A stretch of 63,666 nt of DNA, the filler included, from Octopus bimaculoides (lineage: Eukaryota), in NCBI RefSeq assembly GCF_001194135.2. It is 4 parts of 4 records of this genome, joined end to end, with 100 filler letters (N's around TTAATTAATTAA, not from the genome) between each part and the next. Parts side by side here need not be neighbours in the genome. Positions count along the whole stretch, not along the records: positions 10,970 to 38,531 come from NC_069005.1; 3 more parts are not named here. One strand, written 5' to 3'. Positions 11,204 to 24,039 of this stretch are shown in pieces; the first letter of the stretch is position 1, and each line of letters starts with the position of its first letter. The notes beneath the pieces were generated by a model. That model saw nothing but the letters and a program-made list of their open reading frames with translations. It made no database searches and was not told the DNA's origin. The position numbers were made by a program, and so were the translations under genes.

Positions 11204-11265
<62 letters not shown>

Positions 11266-11740
11266 AGTTTTGTATGTGTATGTTATTTGTTGTGGGTATA
11301 TTTAGATCGACGACAGGTATTGGTGAATTTAAAGCTTTACGTGGAATATCATTATCCTGTCTACTTCTCATAAAATTCTGTGGTTGCTGCTCTACCAAAT
11401 AATACTAGTTAGCATAACTATTATTACTGGTTATGATATACAGAACAAATATAGGAGAAAATAGGAGAAATACAGCATGTAGTTTTATACGAGTTACTCC
11501 CTACATTATTTGCATCTTCTGCATTGGGTATTCATATTGTGTTTGGACCAGATCCACAATGGTTTATTACATTATGTTAAGTATTTGTTCTGAGTGAACA
11601 CAATTTAATGAAGCATCTCCACGACGAACCGTCATGGATCTTCATTTAAATGCACGACAACATCCGTTGCAGATGATGCAAACAGCCACAATGGCGAAAC
11701 GTGCTTAGGGAACAAATGGTATAAACTTCACGTTATCACG

Positions 11741-11781
<41 letters not shown>

Positions 11782-12714
11782 AGGTTGAGTCAAAGGTTTA
11801 TTCCTATTTCAGACTTTAATTATGAGGTCAAACAAATTACATACGAAGAGCATTCNNNNNNNNNNNNNNNNNNNNNNNNNNNNNNNNNNNNNNNNNNNNN
11901 NNNNNNNNNNNNNNNNNNNNNNNNNNNNNNNNNNNNNNNNNNNNNNNNNNNNNNNNNNNNNNNNNNNNNNNNNNNNNNNNNNNNNNNNNNNNNNNNNNNN
12001 NNNNNNNNNNNNNNNNNNNNNNNNNNNNNNNNNNNNNNNNNNNNNNNNNNNNNNNNNNNNNNNNNNNNNNNNNNNNNNNNNNNNNNNNNNNNNNNNNNNN
12101 NNNNNNNNNNNNNNNNNNNNNNNNNNNNNNNNNNNNNNNNNNNNNNNNNNNNNNNNNNNNNNNNNNNNNNNNNNNNNNNNNNNNNNNNNNNNNNNNNNNN
12201 NNNNNNNNNNNNNNNNNNNNNNNNNNNNNNNNNNNNNNNNNNNNNNNNNNNNNNNNNNNNNNNNNNNNNNNNNNNNNNNNNNNNNNNNNNNNNNNNNNNN
12301 NNNNNNNNNNNNNNNNNNNNNNNNNNNNNNNNNNNNNNNNNNNNNNNNNNNNNNNNNNNNNNNNNNNNNNNNNNNNNNNNNNNNNNNNNNNNNNNNNNNN
12401 NNNNNNNNNNNCGTGCTTGACCAGCGAAAGCGTCACTTTTGCCATAGATGCGGAAAGGTTGTGCGAGGAGCTAGAAGTGGGAACTTCTTATAAAAAATTT
12501 TAAAAAAAACAAAAAAAATGGTGATATGCTTCCAAAACCGTTTTAGATTTTCCTGTTTTTTATGACACAACACCGTGAAACAAAACACGGAAATAAACAA
12601 GACTTCATTCATGCTTCATAAATTCTCGTTCCAGCTCTTCCAAATTTGACTTTTATTACTCTTCCACACAAGCAAATTGTAACAAAAGACGTTTTTCGAG
12701 CGAAAATTTAAAAA

Positions 12715-12860
12715 CGAATAAAAAATAAACAAACCAAAATGGCGTTTTACGTTGTTGTTGGCTTAAAAAAAACTGACCACGTGACTTAACTGCTGACTGT
12801 TTTATTGATGTAATTAAAGTAGCAAAGAGTAATAAACCGATGCAACGAGTGAGGTATGCA
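12715..12860. promoter_or_regulatory. Possible promoter or first-exon region
   Basis: CAAAATGGCG (YY1-like), CCACGTGAC (E-box), CpG-rich, possible donor GAG|gtatgc near 12853. Motif evidence only. Confidence 0.25.
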
Positions 12861-13690
12861 TGGTGGTGGTGGTCGTCGTCGTCGTCATCGCCGGCGTAAA
12901 CTGTGTGAAAGACGATATGGATTTGACACCTGTGTACGAAGTAGGAAGGGATTGGAGGAGATGAAGTCTGCTGGGTGGAAGATTCCGGAAAAGCTGTTGG
13001 TGGTGGAGGTGTGAACCGGAGAGAGGAGATCGATGGACTAATTAATGGGATGGTGCAGATGGTTTTGGGGGCGAATGAGAACGGTGGTAATGGTGCTGGC
13101 CACCAAGGTGCCACTCTAGTCGATGGAGGTTAATATCAATAGCAATGTATAAAAATAGCGACGGTTGTAGAGGGAGGGGGTAAAGCTGCGATCATATTGG
13201 CGAGGGGGAGTAGTAGTAGTAGTAGTAGCCATTCTTCAGCTATAAATACACACACATGTATGTATGTATGTATGTATAGACGTGTGTATGTATTGATCTT
13301 TTTTGCATTAACAGTTGGGGGGTCTGTTCAGTGATTTAGAAAATTTAACGCCGCTGTTGTTCAATTGGCAACCGACAGTTTCCTTTATATGCATTGTGTG
13401 TCTGTATGTATGTATGCATGTATGTATGTATGTGTGTCTGTATATATATATATATATATATTATTATTATTATTATTTGTTTAAAGGGCACAATAGATGT
13501 ATTTGAGCGTTACTAATAGTTTCATATGTTGAGAAATACAGGCGCAAACCACATATAACAAACTAAAAAACAAACTGAATAGAAAACAGGCAAAAAAAAA
13601 ACTAAGCATAAAGAAAACGCAGAAAGTAAAATATTTTCTCTCTCCCCAAATGGAGTGCATCCTTGTTGAATTGTCTATCAAGGAACAATA

Positions 13691-13727
<37 letters not shown>

Positions 13728-13744
13728 CTCTTTTAATGTAGAGA

Positions 13745-14030
13745 AAATTTTGAGCGGTCACCTACTTGGTAGCAAGGTTCTGAAAGGTCTGTGGTAAAGC
13801 TTACCGAAAGCGGAGCTAGCCTTCTCGATTCTGGACTCAATTTCTTTATCCATCTTGACGTCATTGGACACAATGGAACCAAGAGGCGGAAACAGTTTTT
13901 AATACTTTCCCGTCAACATATACAGTAAGGGCAACAGCAGGAAGATGGTCACGAATGGGGTTGATGGACAAGCTCAGTTTTCTTGATGCTGATGGTCAGA
14001 CCAAAAGCCGTCGGATGCAGGTGAGTAGAC
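13745..14030 (-). mobile_element. RTE/BovB-like LINE fragment (RT C-terminal region)
   Basis: Minus-strand pieces FGLTISIKK and LGSIVSNDVKMDKEIESRIEKASSAFGKLYHR, typical RTE motifs, with frameshifts. Confidence 0.8.
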
Positions 14031-14039
14031 GACGTGTGT

Positions 14040-14335
14040 CCCACTTGCTTCGATGAACAGAACACCCTACCCGTGCAATTAACGTACAAGGGGCAGAGGA
14101 CTCGACACGGAATGGGACACGACTAGCCTTTTGAATTACATGTTCAGCTCAGTTTAGCCAACTGAATGAAAGAAAAGGTTTTGCTTAAGGAAACAACGTG
14201 ATTCCAGGAATCCAACACACGACCGAATCGTGATTCTAGGAGTCCAACACACGACCGAATCGTGATTCCAGGAATCCAACGCACGACCGAAACGTAGGCC
14301 GAATATTCTAACCACTAAATCACGTGCCTTCACTT
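14040..14335 (-). mobile_element. Decayed tRNA-derived SINE with triplicated 32-bp head segment
   Basis: A-box-like TGATTTAGTGGTTAG. The unit GTGATTCCAGGAATCCAACACACGACCGAATC occurs three times at 14198-14293. Confidence 0.6.
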
Positions 14336-14478
14336 CGGATTGCTATACACTAACAGCCGAATTAGGCAAAAATAAAGCTGCACTTTCCACGTACAAACAC
14401 CCACTCATACACACGTACAACATACATATATCTACATACAAACGCACACACATCTATCTACTTATCCACACACACACA

Positions 14479-14593
<115 letters not shown>

Positions 14594-15781
14594 TACAGTA
14601 TAATATAATGTATAACGAAATATTTATAACGAAGCATGTATGTATATATGTTATCGCGGCATGAATGTAGATTTTATATACTTAACAGAAGAAAAAAAAA
14701 TTATTGCTTTTAAAATTTCCCTGTCAATATTGAATGAGATTGATTTCATTGGAAGCTGTGCAATAATAGAGTTATGTAAGAATGCGACAATGGCGGCGGC
14801 ACTGCCTTAGTCCCGTTCTATAAACCTATGGCGCGGATTGAAAGTGGTCGGCTTCTATGAATTTTGGGTTTATGGTGGTGGGGGGGGGTTATCGAAGCGT
14901 TCGATATTGAAGTCTTTTGAAAAATACAATCAAATACGGTACCATTGCTGGTATATGTGTGTATGGGCTGGCTAGATAGCGAGATAGATAGGTAGGTAGG
15001 TGGCAGTAGTAGTTGTAGCAGCAGCAGTATGCGGGTATATTATATTCTCGATAAGCCAACGAACAAAGTGAGACAAAATTCAATATAATATGAATCATAC
15101 ACATGCGTGTAAAATATATATATATATATATATATATATGAATATATATGTATGTGTGTATTTAAATATATATATGTGTGTATACATACATATATGTATG
15201 TACATATGCACACATAAACCGACACACAAACACACATACATGGAGGATACGTGTATATACATGTGTCTATATGGTTGTGAATGTCACAAACATGTGTGTG
15301 TATACATACATATATATAATTTATACATATATATATATATGACATATGCATATATATAATTATATATATCGTGTATACATATATATTATTCATGTACAAT
15401 AATATTACGTCTGTGTGTGTATGTGAGAAAGAGTGTGTACGCGCGCGAATAATGTCTTTGAAGAAATTTGTGACAAGAAAGCCTCAACAAGCTAAATACG
15501 GAGATATCGATGTGGAAAGAGATGAAAGCAGTGACAATAATTTACATTTTCATTGAGAAAAATTCTATATTTCCAATTTAAATCCAAAATATAGGACATT
15601 AAAATCTAAACTATTGTCGATTTTCGGTTCTCTTCTATATTATTTTATTTTTTTTGTCTTGGTTTTGGGCGTATTGGGGGGGGNNNNNNNNNNNNNNNNN
15701 NNNNNNNNNNNNNTCTAAATTGACAATTTTTGTGATGTTATTAAACGTTGTACATCGTTTCTCGATGGCTTCGATATGCAA

Positions 15782-15844
<63 letters not shown>

Positions 15845-16957
15845 GTATTGGTATCTCGAAGACCCAAAGAATGGCAGGTAATGCTATGTGCTGTGGACAG
15901 ACCATAGTTAAACTCTTGGTTTGATAGTGATACGAGTGAGGAGTTTAATGTGGGTCTTGTATTACCATGCAAAAACAAATGAATAGTGACAGACGACTAA
16001 AAGAAGACAAAAAGTATTAAATAAAAGCAAACAAACTGAATGCGCGTGTATGTATGGGTATGTTTGTACGTATAGGATTGTGTGTGTTGCCGTTTTGAAT
16101 TCCTTTCTGCGATTTAACTTAAATTGACCCCTTCATCTGTTGATCTGATTAGTGTCGCTTGGTGGAAATAAACGCAATTACCAAACTTTCATTCATAAAA
16201 CCATTTATTATTTCGTTTTTTTTTTGTTGTTTCTTTTTTTGCATTTCAATTTGTACTTTTGTACTCTCGATTGCGTACAAACGCATACCTAAAACGACGT
16301 CCTTTATTTCTTAATCATTATCTGCTGATATCAAAACAAGTCGGATATTGGAAAATAAAAAGTACGGGGGGAGGGAGGCATTTGTGACTCCAAGGATCAA
16401 AAAGGGGGGCCTTTGGCCAAAATGGGTTGAAAACCTTTGGTTGAAATGATTGATCTGTAATATCAATCAATCTCAGCTCTCTCTCTCTCTCTCCTTAAAC
16501 ATATGTTAAAAGATACACTGGCCTCTTTCACTGCCAAATACTAACATATTTTCCAATGTTTTCAGTTCTCACCGATTCGTTTCACGTTCAAACATTTGAC
16601 GGAGGCCATGCTGGGGCTCTGCCTTTATGGATTTTAGTCAAATAAACCGAGCCCAGTAACGTTTTTTTTAATCTGGTACTTATTCAATCGACCCCATTTT
16701 CCAATCCGCTAAGTTATGAGGATGTAAACAAACCAACACTGGTTGTCAAGCGGTGGGAGTGACAATCACAAACAAAAAGACGCATACACACAGAGAGTGT
16801 GATTACGAATGTTAGAAAATTGTTGCTGTTTTTTTATTATTATTATTATTATTATATTATAACGAAGCCTAGATTAAAATACGAAAAAGAATTTGTCTCA
16901 ACGAAGTGTTTCAAGACAAGAAATTATGTTAAACACTCGGCTTATTGGCGCACGGAA

Positions 16958-17003
16958 TTCTGGGACACCGGTATTTCGATACATTGTGTCTCATCAGCTA
17001 GAA
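16958..17003 (-). ncRNA. Type I hammerhead ribozyme motif
   Basis: Minus strand TTCTAG-CTGATGA-GACAC-AAT-GTATC-GAAA-T-ACCGGT-GTC|CCAGAA. Core CUGAUGA/GAAA/GUC is intact, stem I has 5/6 pairs, stem II has 4/5 pairs, and stem III is near-palindromic. Confidence 0.75.
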
Positions 17004-17403
17004 GCACCCGGACCTTTGAGTCTAAACCAAGCTGCTGGCTTTGCTTAATTCCAGCAAAAAAAAATCGTTTGTTGATTTGTGCTTATATCTACCAACCCAT
17101 TAAAAAATCGCTATTTGCACCGCGTACAGCGAGATCTGAAACGATTATTCCTGCACCAATAAGCCGGAAACATTGAATGCACCGTAAAAGAGGGAAGTTA
17201 TTCTCTTGTGACGTACATTGCAGCATATTTTGCATCTGAACCCGCTGCCGAGATGTATGAAAAATAAATATGCGAAGAGTTTTTCTGTCTTTAAGTATTG
17301 AGTTTTGTTAATTTTTTGCTGTTTGGTGAACCTGCAAAAGTTTGAATGTGTACATATGTATATTTACACTTCTATTTATCTTTACATATCAATAAATAAA
17401 TAA

Positions 17404-17474
<71 letters not shown>

Positions 17475-18123
17475 GAGCGAGAGAGAGAGAAAGAAGAGGA
17501 CAACATATAAATAGTTAGAGACATACTTTTAAAAATCTAATGTTCTCTTATACGCACAGAGTAAATTAAAAATGCGTGGTCGTGTGCAAATATGCTTGAG
17601 GGCGTGGTCGTGTGTGCATCGTTATTAGTATGCGCGTGCGTTATTTAATCACGCGTGGATATGTATGCAGATGTCAATAATTTAACTGAACTGAATCAGA
17701 TAAAATTAATTGAATCAAAACAAACAAATGAAGGTGAAAATTACAAAAAAATACATAATCCAGGAAATGCTAAGAAACAACAACAAAGAATTGGAAATAT
17801 TTCGAAAATAAATAGAAGACTGGAACTTGCCTCTGGGCTGAAGTAAACTAGTTTTAATCGATAGTACATTTAATTGAGTAGTAGTAGTAGTAGTAGTAGT
17901 TATTTCATGTTTTTCACTGTATATGTATGTGTGTGTTTGTTGTTTTCATACCAAAACGTAATGGCGAGGCACGAAAGAGTTGTTAGAATAGACCATGTTG
18001 AGTCATTCGTTCTCTCCAGTTAACTGTGAGATCTGAGTTCAAATTCCACTGCCATCGATTTTAACTTTTCACTACGACAGTCAATTGTTTACTTCATTCG
18101 CTTCCTTTCTTTCTCTCTCTCCC

Positions 18124-18160
<37 letters not shown>

Positions 18161-18425
18161 GCTCATATAATGATATCTACCAAATGTATTGGTAAGATAA
18201 AACATGCAATCGTTACCAAAATAGCCAAAATTCGTCCACAAAGGTCTATAATAAACCCCTTATGAATCGATCCCCTTGGTTATATATCAAAATTTAAATA
18301 AGACCTTTGACGCTAATATCCATATATATTAAAGTTTATTACTTATGTAAACATTTCTGTATAAGGTCAAATTCAACTCTTAATTCAAGTTAAGTAAATT
18401 ACCTTACACATCCTCAGGGTTAAAG

Positions 18426-18471
<46 letters not shown>

Positions 18472-19189
18472 TCAGTATTTCCCTTCCTATCTCCCTCTCG
18501 TCCTCTCTCCCTCTATATTGTCTATCTAACTATCCTTCTCTTCCTCTATCTCGCTCTAAATTTCCACTTCCACTCCACCCCTAGTGAACAATGTTCATTT
18601 TCCACTAAACATTATATGTTCAGCATAAACACACCAAGCGGTGACAATCAAAATAATGATGCGTGCATTTATTTTTAACACGTTTCTTGCTCATTTGAAC
18701 TTGAATGATATTTGCTGAAAGATTTTGCCTGAGAAAATACATGTTTTGTTTGTTATTTGCATAGAGGAACAAATTCCTCTCTAGGATTGAAACAATGTTT
18801 ATCACTGAGGAGGCGGAATTAAGCCGAAAATCTGATACTTCACCGACATCATTTAGAGCTTGCAGTATTTTTACAAAATAACCAGCTGGAAGAAATTTAT
18901 TTTCCAAAAGAAAATCCGCATATTACAGATGTCTGTCGTGAGTCCGAGGACTTATAGGCCGACGCTTAATCTGGTGTCCGTGGAGTCAGAGTCGTTGAAC
19001 GGGTGCCGGGTAGTCGCAGGTTAAATTTACCAGGAACGAAATAGAAATCGTTTACAGCTGAATGGACTGGAGAAACGTGAATTAAAGTTAGGGTTTCCTC
19101 AAGGATACAAGGAACCGAACCACGATCTCAATTGCTGGCTTAACACTCTAGCCACTAGACCCCACACACATCTTCACTACACTAAAAGA

Positions 19190-19510
19190 CTCTCTTCGGT
19201 CATCAACGACAATGGAATTTGCACTTAGAAGGTTTCCCTCCCAGGCACAAGTCCAGGCAATGTTGTTTATGGAAGACCAGCAGTCACCCAGGCGTACCAG
19301 CCTCCACGCCATCGATGTTATCTAAGTGAAAGGCAAAGGGGCCGACACAGTTTGGCACCTGTGATGTCGCAACTCATTGCTTCAGCTGAGTGAACTGGAG
19401 CAACGTGAAATAAAGTGTCTTGCTCAAGAACACTACACACAGCGCCATCCGGGAATCAAATTCACTACCTCGTGGTCGTGAGCCCAGCGCTCTGACCACT
19501 GAGCTATGCA
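19190..19510 (-). mobile_element. tRNA-derived SINE family D (CORE-like central domain)
   Basis: Minus strand GCATAGCTCAGTGGTCAGAGCG...TTCTTGAGCAAGACACTTTATTTCACGTTGCTCCAGTTCACTCAGCTG. Confidence 0.7.
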
Positions 19511-20078
19511 CTTATGTGTATATTTGTCTATTTGTCTCTCATATAAAATTGCCTGAAACTTTGTCGCTTCCAAGATTTACATGTTTACACATTTCCAGCC
19601 CAGTCGCCATCATTTCAATCCTTCGATTGTTCTACAACCATTTTCTAAAAAATTCCTTCTTTTAATCTAAGCTACGCACAATTTATATTTCTATTAATAT
19701 TAATATATATTTTTTTTCTCTTTCGCTTCACTGCCTCCAATACTGTTTAAAATTTTTTCCTGATTCGCTGAATCTTTCGTTCCTTTTATCTAGTATTTTT
19801 CTCGACTAACCCTTCGCTGTGTACAGTGTTGCGATAACTTATAGAACTTATTTCGATTTCAGAGTCGAAATTACTAAAACTTGCTTTATTAGCATATTTA
19901 TTTTTACAAACTATTTTCACCGTATTCCTTTATCTCGGCCATTTTGGCGAATATATGCTCTTTCGTCCGTCTTAATGTATTTTACTTCCGTCAATTTTCG
20001 GCTGTTTGTTTGTTTTTGTTTTCCCTTACATTTTCGGAACCGCTCCTAGTTATTCTTATCGAAGTTATTTAGAACTTT

Positions 20079-20280
20079 AAGGCAACGAGCTGACACAGTC
20101 ATTAACGCGTCTGGCAAAATGCTCAGCTGACATTTCTTCCGGCGCTTTATCTTCTCAGTTTACATTCCATCCGGCTCGATTTTGTCTTTCATTCCTTCGA
20201 CGTCGATAAAATATGTACCAGTGGGACACTGGGGATGATGCAATCGAAATTGCAGGCTTTGTGCCAAATTTCGAAACCAT
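20079..20280 (+). mobile_element. SINE family A, diverged copy
   Basis: AAGGCAACGAGCTGACACAGTCATTAAC...CAGGCTTTGTGCCAAATTTCGAAACC. Confidence 0.6.
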
Positions 20281-21239
20281 TTTTGAAGACCTTTGCTTTT
20301 TTATTTTTGTAGTAGTAGTAGTAGTAGTAGTAGCTGTTGTCTTCTGTATAATTACTTTGTAAATATATCTCGTGTGTCGATACCCAACGAGAAAAAATGT
20401 TTACCTGGGGTTAAAACATTGTAACACTTGTTCTGCATGGATGAGTCACATAAAAGTGATTACAGCCTTTACTGTTTAGTACTGTTACTATGTGAATCTC
20501 TTTCAGAGATTTAAAACCAGCTACATATATATACGTGTGTGTGTATGTGTGTGCTTTCTCAGTGTCGTGTAGAAATGAATCGAACACAGAAACCTGTGGT
20601 CTACATTCGCAGTAAATTACTGAAACTGCAGGTCAATTTCTAGGTTAACTTAAGCTCCAATTTCAACGTTCTGCAATATTCCTCTCTAAAAATATTCCAT
20701 CACCTTAGTTTCCTTTATCTCACCTATGTTATACCTAAGGATTTATAACATTCTCTCGCTGTTTATGATGTGTTTATCAAGTAATTACTTCCCTTTCTGT
20801 CGCTCTTTATGATGTCTTTATCTCCTAATTCTATTCCCTTTCCCGACGAGTTTCTAATGTCTTTATTCAGTAATTACGTAACTCTTTACTTTCCGCAAGC
20901 TTCCCTCTCAACATTATTAAAAACACCACGCTCTTTTAATCTCAAACTCCATTGCAGTATATCTTCACAAAACTGATCTAGCGTTCGTAGCGAATCACTT
21001 CGTTTGATCTCCACCTTTGAAAAGATGATGGAGAAGATGATGGCATCCAACCGTTTGTTCCAAATCGTCCAAGAAGTGATGATGTAATTTTTGCGGGCTT
21101 TAACTCTGAATGGTATTGCTAAATGTTGTTCAAGCCGTTATCAAATAAAGGAATCGACATTTATTATTATTGACATTATTGTCCTTCAAGAAAACAATGA
21201 TGAGAAAGAGAGGAAAGAGGGGAAAGAAAGAGAAGAAAG

Positions 21240-21370
21240 GGAAGGGAGGAGGAGAGGCGAGGAATGGGAGGAGGAGAGGAGGAAAGGAAGGGAGGAGGAG
21301 AGGAGGAAAGGAAGGGAGGAGGAGAGGAGGAAAGGAAGGGAGGAGGAGAGGAGGAAAGGAAGGGAGGAGG
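21240..21370. repeat. Purine-only 24-bp minisatellite (GAGGAGGAGAGGAGGAAAGGAAGG)
   Basis: About 4-5 units before an N gap. Confidence 0.85.
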
Positions 21371-22859
21371 NNNNNNNNNNNNNNNNNNNNNNNNNNNNNN
21401 NNNNNNNNNNNNNNNNNNNNNNNNNNNNNNNNNNNNNNNNNNNNNNNNNNNNNNNNNNNNNNNNNNNNNNNNNNNNNNNNNNNNNNNNNNNNNNNNNNNN
21501 NNNNNNNNNNNNNNNNNNNNNNNNNNNNNNNNNNNNNNNNNNNNNNNNNNNNNNNNNNNNNNNNNNNNNNNNNNNNNNNNNNNNNNNNNNNNNNNNNNNN
21601 NNNNNNNNNNNNNNNNNNNNNNNNNNNNNNNNNNNNNNNNNNNNNNNNNNNNNNNNNNNNNNNNNNNNNNNNNNNNNNNNNNNNNNNNNNNNNNNNNNNN
21701 NNNNNNNNNNNNNNNCAAAACTGAAACTTCGAGAATCATGTGCCCCCCCACCCGACCCCATCCCATAAAGGACTGACGACAGCAATGCAGGATTATATGT
21801 GGATGTTAGACATGTCATCACTTCGTTTCTGTTAGCATAAAGATTAAAAGCTAACCCACATTGAAGGGGAAACACTAATCCTAAAAGTTTATTAAGCATA
21901 CATAACAAGCAAAAGAAATAGCAAGAGGATCCAGTATGGCCGCGGAACAAATTATAGAAGATGCGGACGATGCCCTGAATATTTTATACATAAATCGCAT
22001 TTGTTATTCCAGAGCTTATAGTTATTAGGGGATACTGAGAATATATAATAAGATTGCGGGAAACAAAGGTGAAAAGGAAACACGGGCAAAATAGGAATCC
22101 TGTTTAGGGAAATAAAAAACACAAAATTCCTCAATTTGGAATGAAAAACAGAGAAACAAAATGATGTTAGGTAAAATTGCCATCCTGAATTGCTCGAAAG
22201 CCTACAGTTTTAGCAAGAATTGCATATATAATTTACAGAGAGGAAAGAACGATGTAGTTTGTTGGAAATAATCTATTGTTGCATAACAGGATATAATTTC
22301 ACGGGAAAAAAAACAGATTAAATAAAAATTACTGAATTCTTTAAAAAACAAAGCATCACCCACAAGTGGCTGAGATTATGCGGCGTTACAGGAGATGGGG
22401 AGGGGGAATGAATAAAAGATATTTCGTGAGTAATAAAAGTAAATAAACATATTGAAGAAAAAGCGGAAGTACTCGCAAATGACCGGAAAAGCCAATGAAG
22501 CCAATGTGTGTGTGAGGAAAGAAAGAGTAGCTGGGAAATATATGACGATGAATAAGTTTGAAATAGTTTAAGTGAAGCCCTCAACAGATGCTGCGTGAAA
22601 ACTTAACCGAATGACTTCAGTTGACTGCGACAAGAACTAAATGTTACCATTAAACAAAATAGAAGGTATCTACACAACGCCACCACCACCCACAACACAT
22701 TAGAGTTTAAGAAACAAAATTGATGAACATCTAAGTGTAAGAGAGTCATCTCACCGCTATTATGAAATACTGCTCCAACTTCTGAGACAGTGCTTCTACT
22801 ACAGATACTACTACTACTACTACTACTACTCACACTCCTAGACCACATTCAAAGAAAGA

Positions 22860-23730
22860 CAACTTAGATTAATCAGCATCAAGTCGCTTACCATTCCACT
22901 TCAACTTCCTTCGTGGTTTTCTACCTCAGCAGCTCCTTTATAGGATCCAGTAGCTAAGGACATCATCAAGAGGAACCACGTCCGGTTTCGGCCCCTACTC
23001 CTCTACCGTTTTCGACGGGGCGGGCCCCACCCCCTTTCAGAGGTGTCTTCAGCTCTAGTGTTGAGTACGTTTTTTTCTTTGGCCCTTTGTTCTTTGGTTT
23101 CTTCGACGCAGCATCAACGAATGTCAGCGGGCGACTGACCATCCTGCCAAATTTCCCTTTAAATACTCACCGGTAGGCTCCAGCAACCAGCACCAGCTGT
23201 CACGTGATACTATCTAAGCTTCAACTGACCAATGGAGGAGAAGGACATGTTTTGGCCCACAGCGTCGTGTTAGTTTCAGTTCCAGCTGCCAGAGCCGACT
23301 AGCTGAATGGTGGTACAATCCTTCAAACTATCGAGGAGGAGGGGCGCAATGAACGAGATCGCTCCCTTGGCCCGCTTGTCAAGCAGCGCCGCTGCTGATG
23401 TGCCAGCCAACCAGCCTCACCTAGTGACGCTATTTCTCAGTCGGCATATTATGTCTTTCGAACTAGTTCAGCTCTTCTCGTTCCAGCCATCCATAGAAGC
23501 TTCTGTATCTTCCTTTTTCGAGCTCTGAACTCAAAAATGCAAGCCTTTTAAATAACGTCACCATTTTCCTTTCAATGAAGCCTCTAGCCCCACTACTGCC
23601 TGGTGGTAATACTCGACGGTCCATCCCTGTTCCCTGCACTCTTCGCTTTAACCTCTCATACCTCTTCTCCTTCCGTTGCTCTGCATTAGCAATGTTCTCT
23701 TCCCATGGCACTGTCAGCTCTAGCATATTG
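22860..23730 (-). mobile_element. HERO-like (RLE-clade) non-LTR retrotransposon: endonuclease C-terminus and probable 3' UTR
   Basis: MLELTVPWEENIANAEQRKEKRYERL...GARGF matches the ELTVPWE..ERK..Y..VGCRGF restriction-like endonuclease signature. A GC-richer non-coding tract follows, with an approximate boundary. Confidence 0.75.
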
Positions 23731-23803
23731 ATAAGGGTTGTTTACAAAACTACGACAGTTCTTTTCTCTCTCCTTTCTTCCTGAGTTCATTTTAAATTTG
23801 CTT

Positions 23804-23849
23804 TAACCCTAACCCTAACCCTAGAGTTAGGGTTAGAGTTAGGGTTAGG
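23804..23849. repeat. Inverted telomere-like repeats (CCCTAA)3 / (TTAGGG)-like x4
   Basis: TAACCCTAACCCTAACCCTA-GAG-TTAGGGTTAGAGTTAGGGTTAGG. Confidence 0.8.
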
Positions 23850-24039
23850 ATTAATTGTTTCAGAATCGTTTGTTTATGTAATCGGCACTTAATGTATATC
23901 GGCTGAATGGACGTCAGTGATTGGTTGAAATTACAGAAATACGACAACTTTAACATGGAATAATTTATGGATTTCTTTTTTTTTTTAAGAAGACTAAGAG
24001 AAAAAGATGTTTTATATGACACATTCTACCAGTGTTCCA

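Noticed and set aside
11778-11855. Possible mariner terminal repeat (TA|CAAGGTTGAGTCAAA)
   Set aside because: The other end is in or beyond an N gap, so no TIR partner can be shown.
12656-13138. Coding ORFs on either strand of the G-rich island
   Set aside because: Low-complexity translations, no convincing acceptor, and no recognisable domain.
15450-15556. Short ORF MSLKKFVTRKPQQAKYGDIDVERDESSDNNLHFH
   Set aside because: 34 codons, no splice signals or homology that I can recognise.
21076-21110. C/D box snoRNA (GTGATGA...CTGA)
   Set aside because: Only about 34 nt between boxes, no terminal stem, and no host intron.
22960-23060. Hammerhead in the HERO-like 3' region
   Set aside because: CUGAAGA, GAAA and UGAUGA words are present, but stems I and II cannot be formed in a valid topology.
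23804-23849. Telomere-telomere fusion scar
   Set aside because: Orientation is CCCTAA then TTAGGG, the opposite of a fusion, and there are only a few units.
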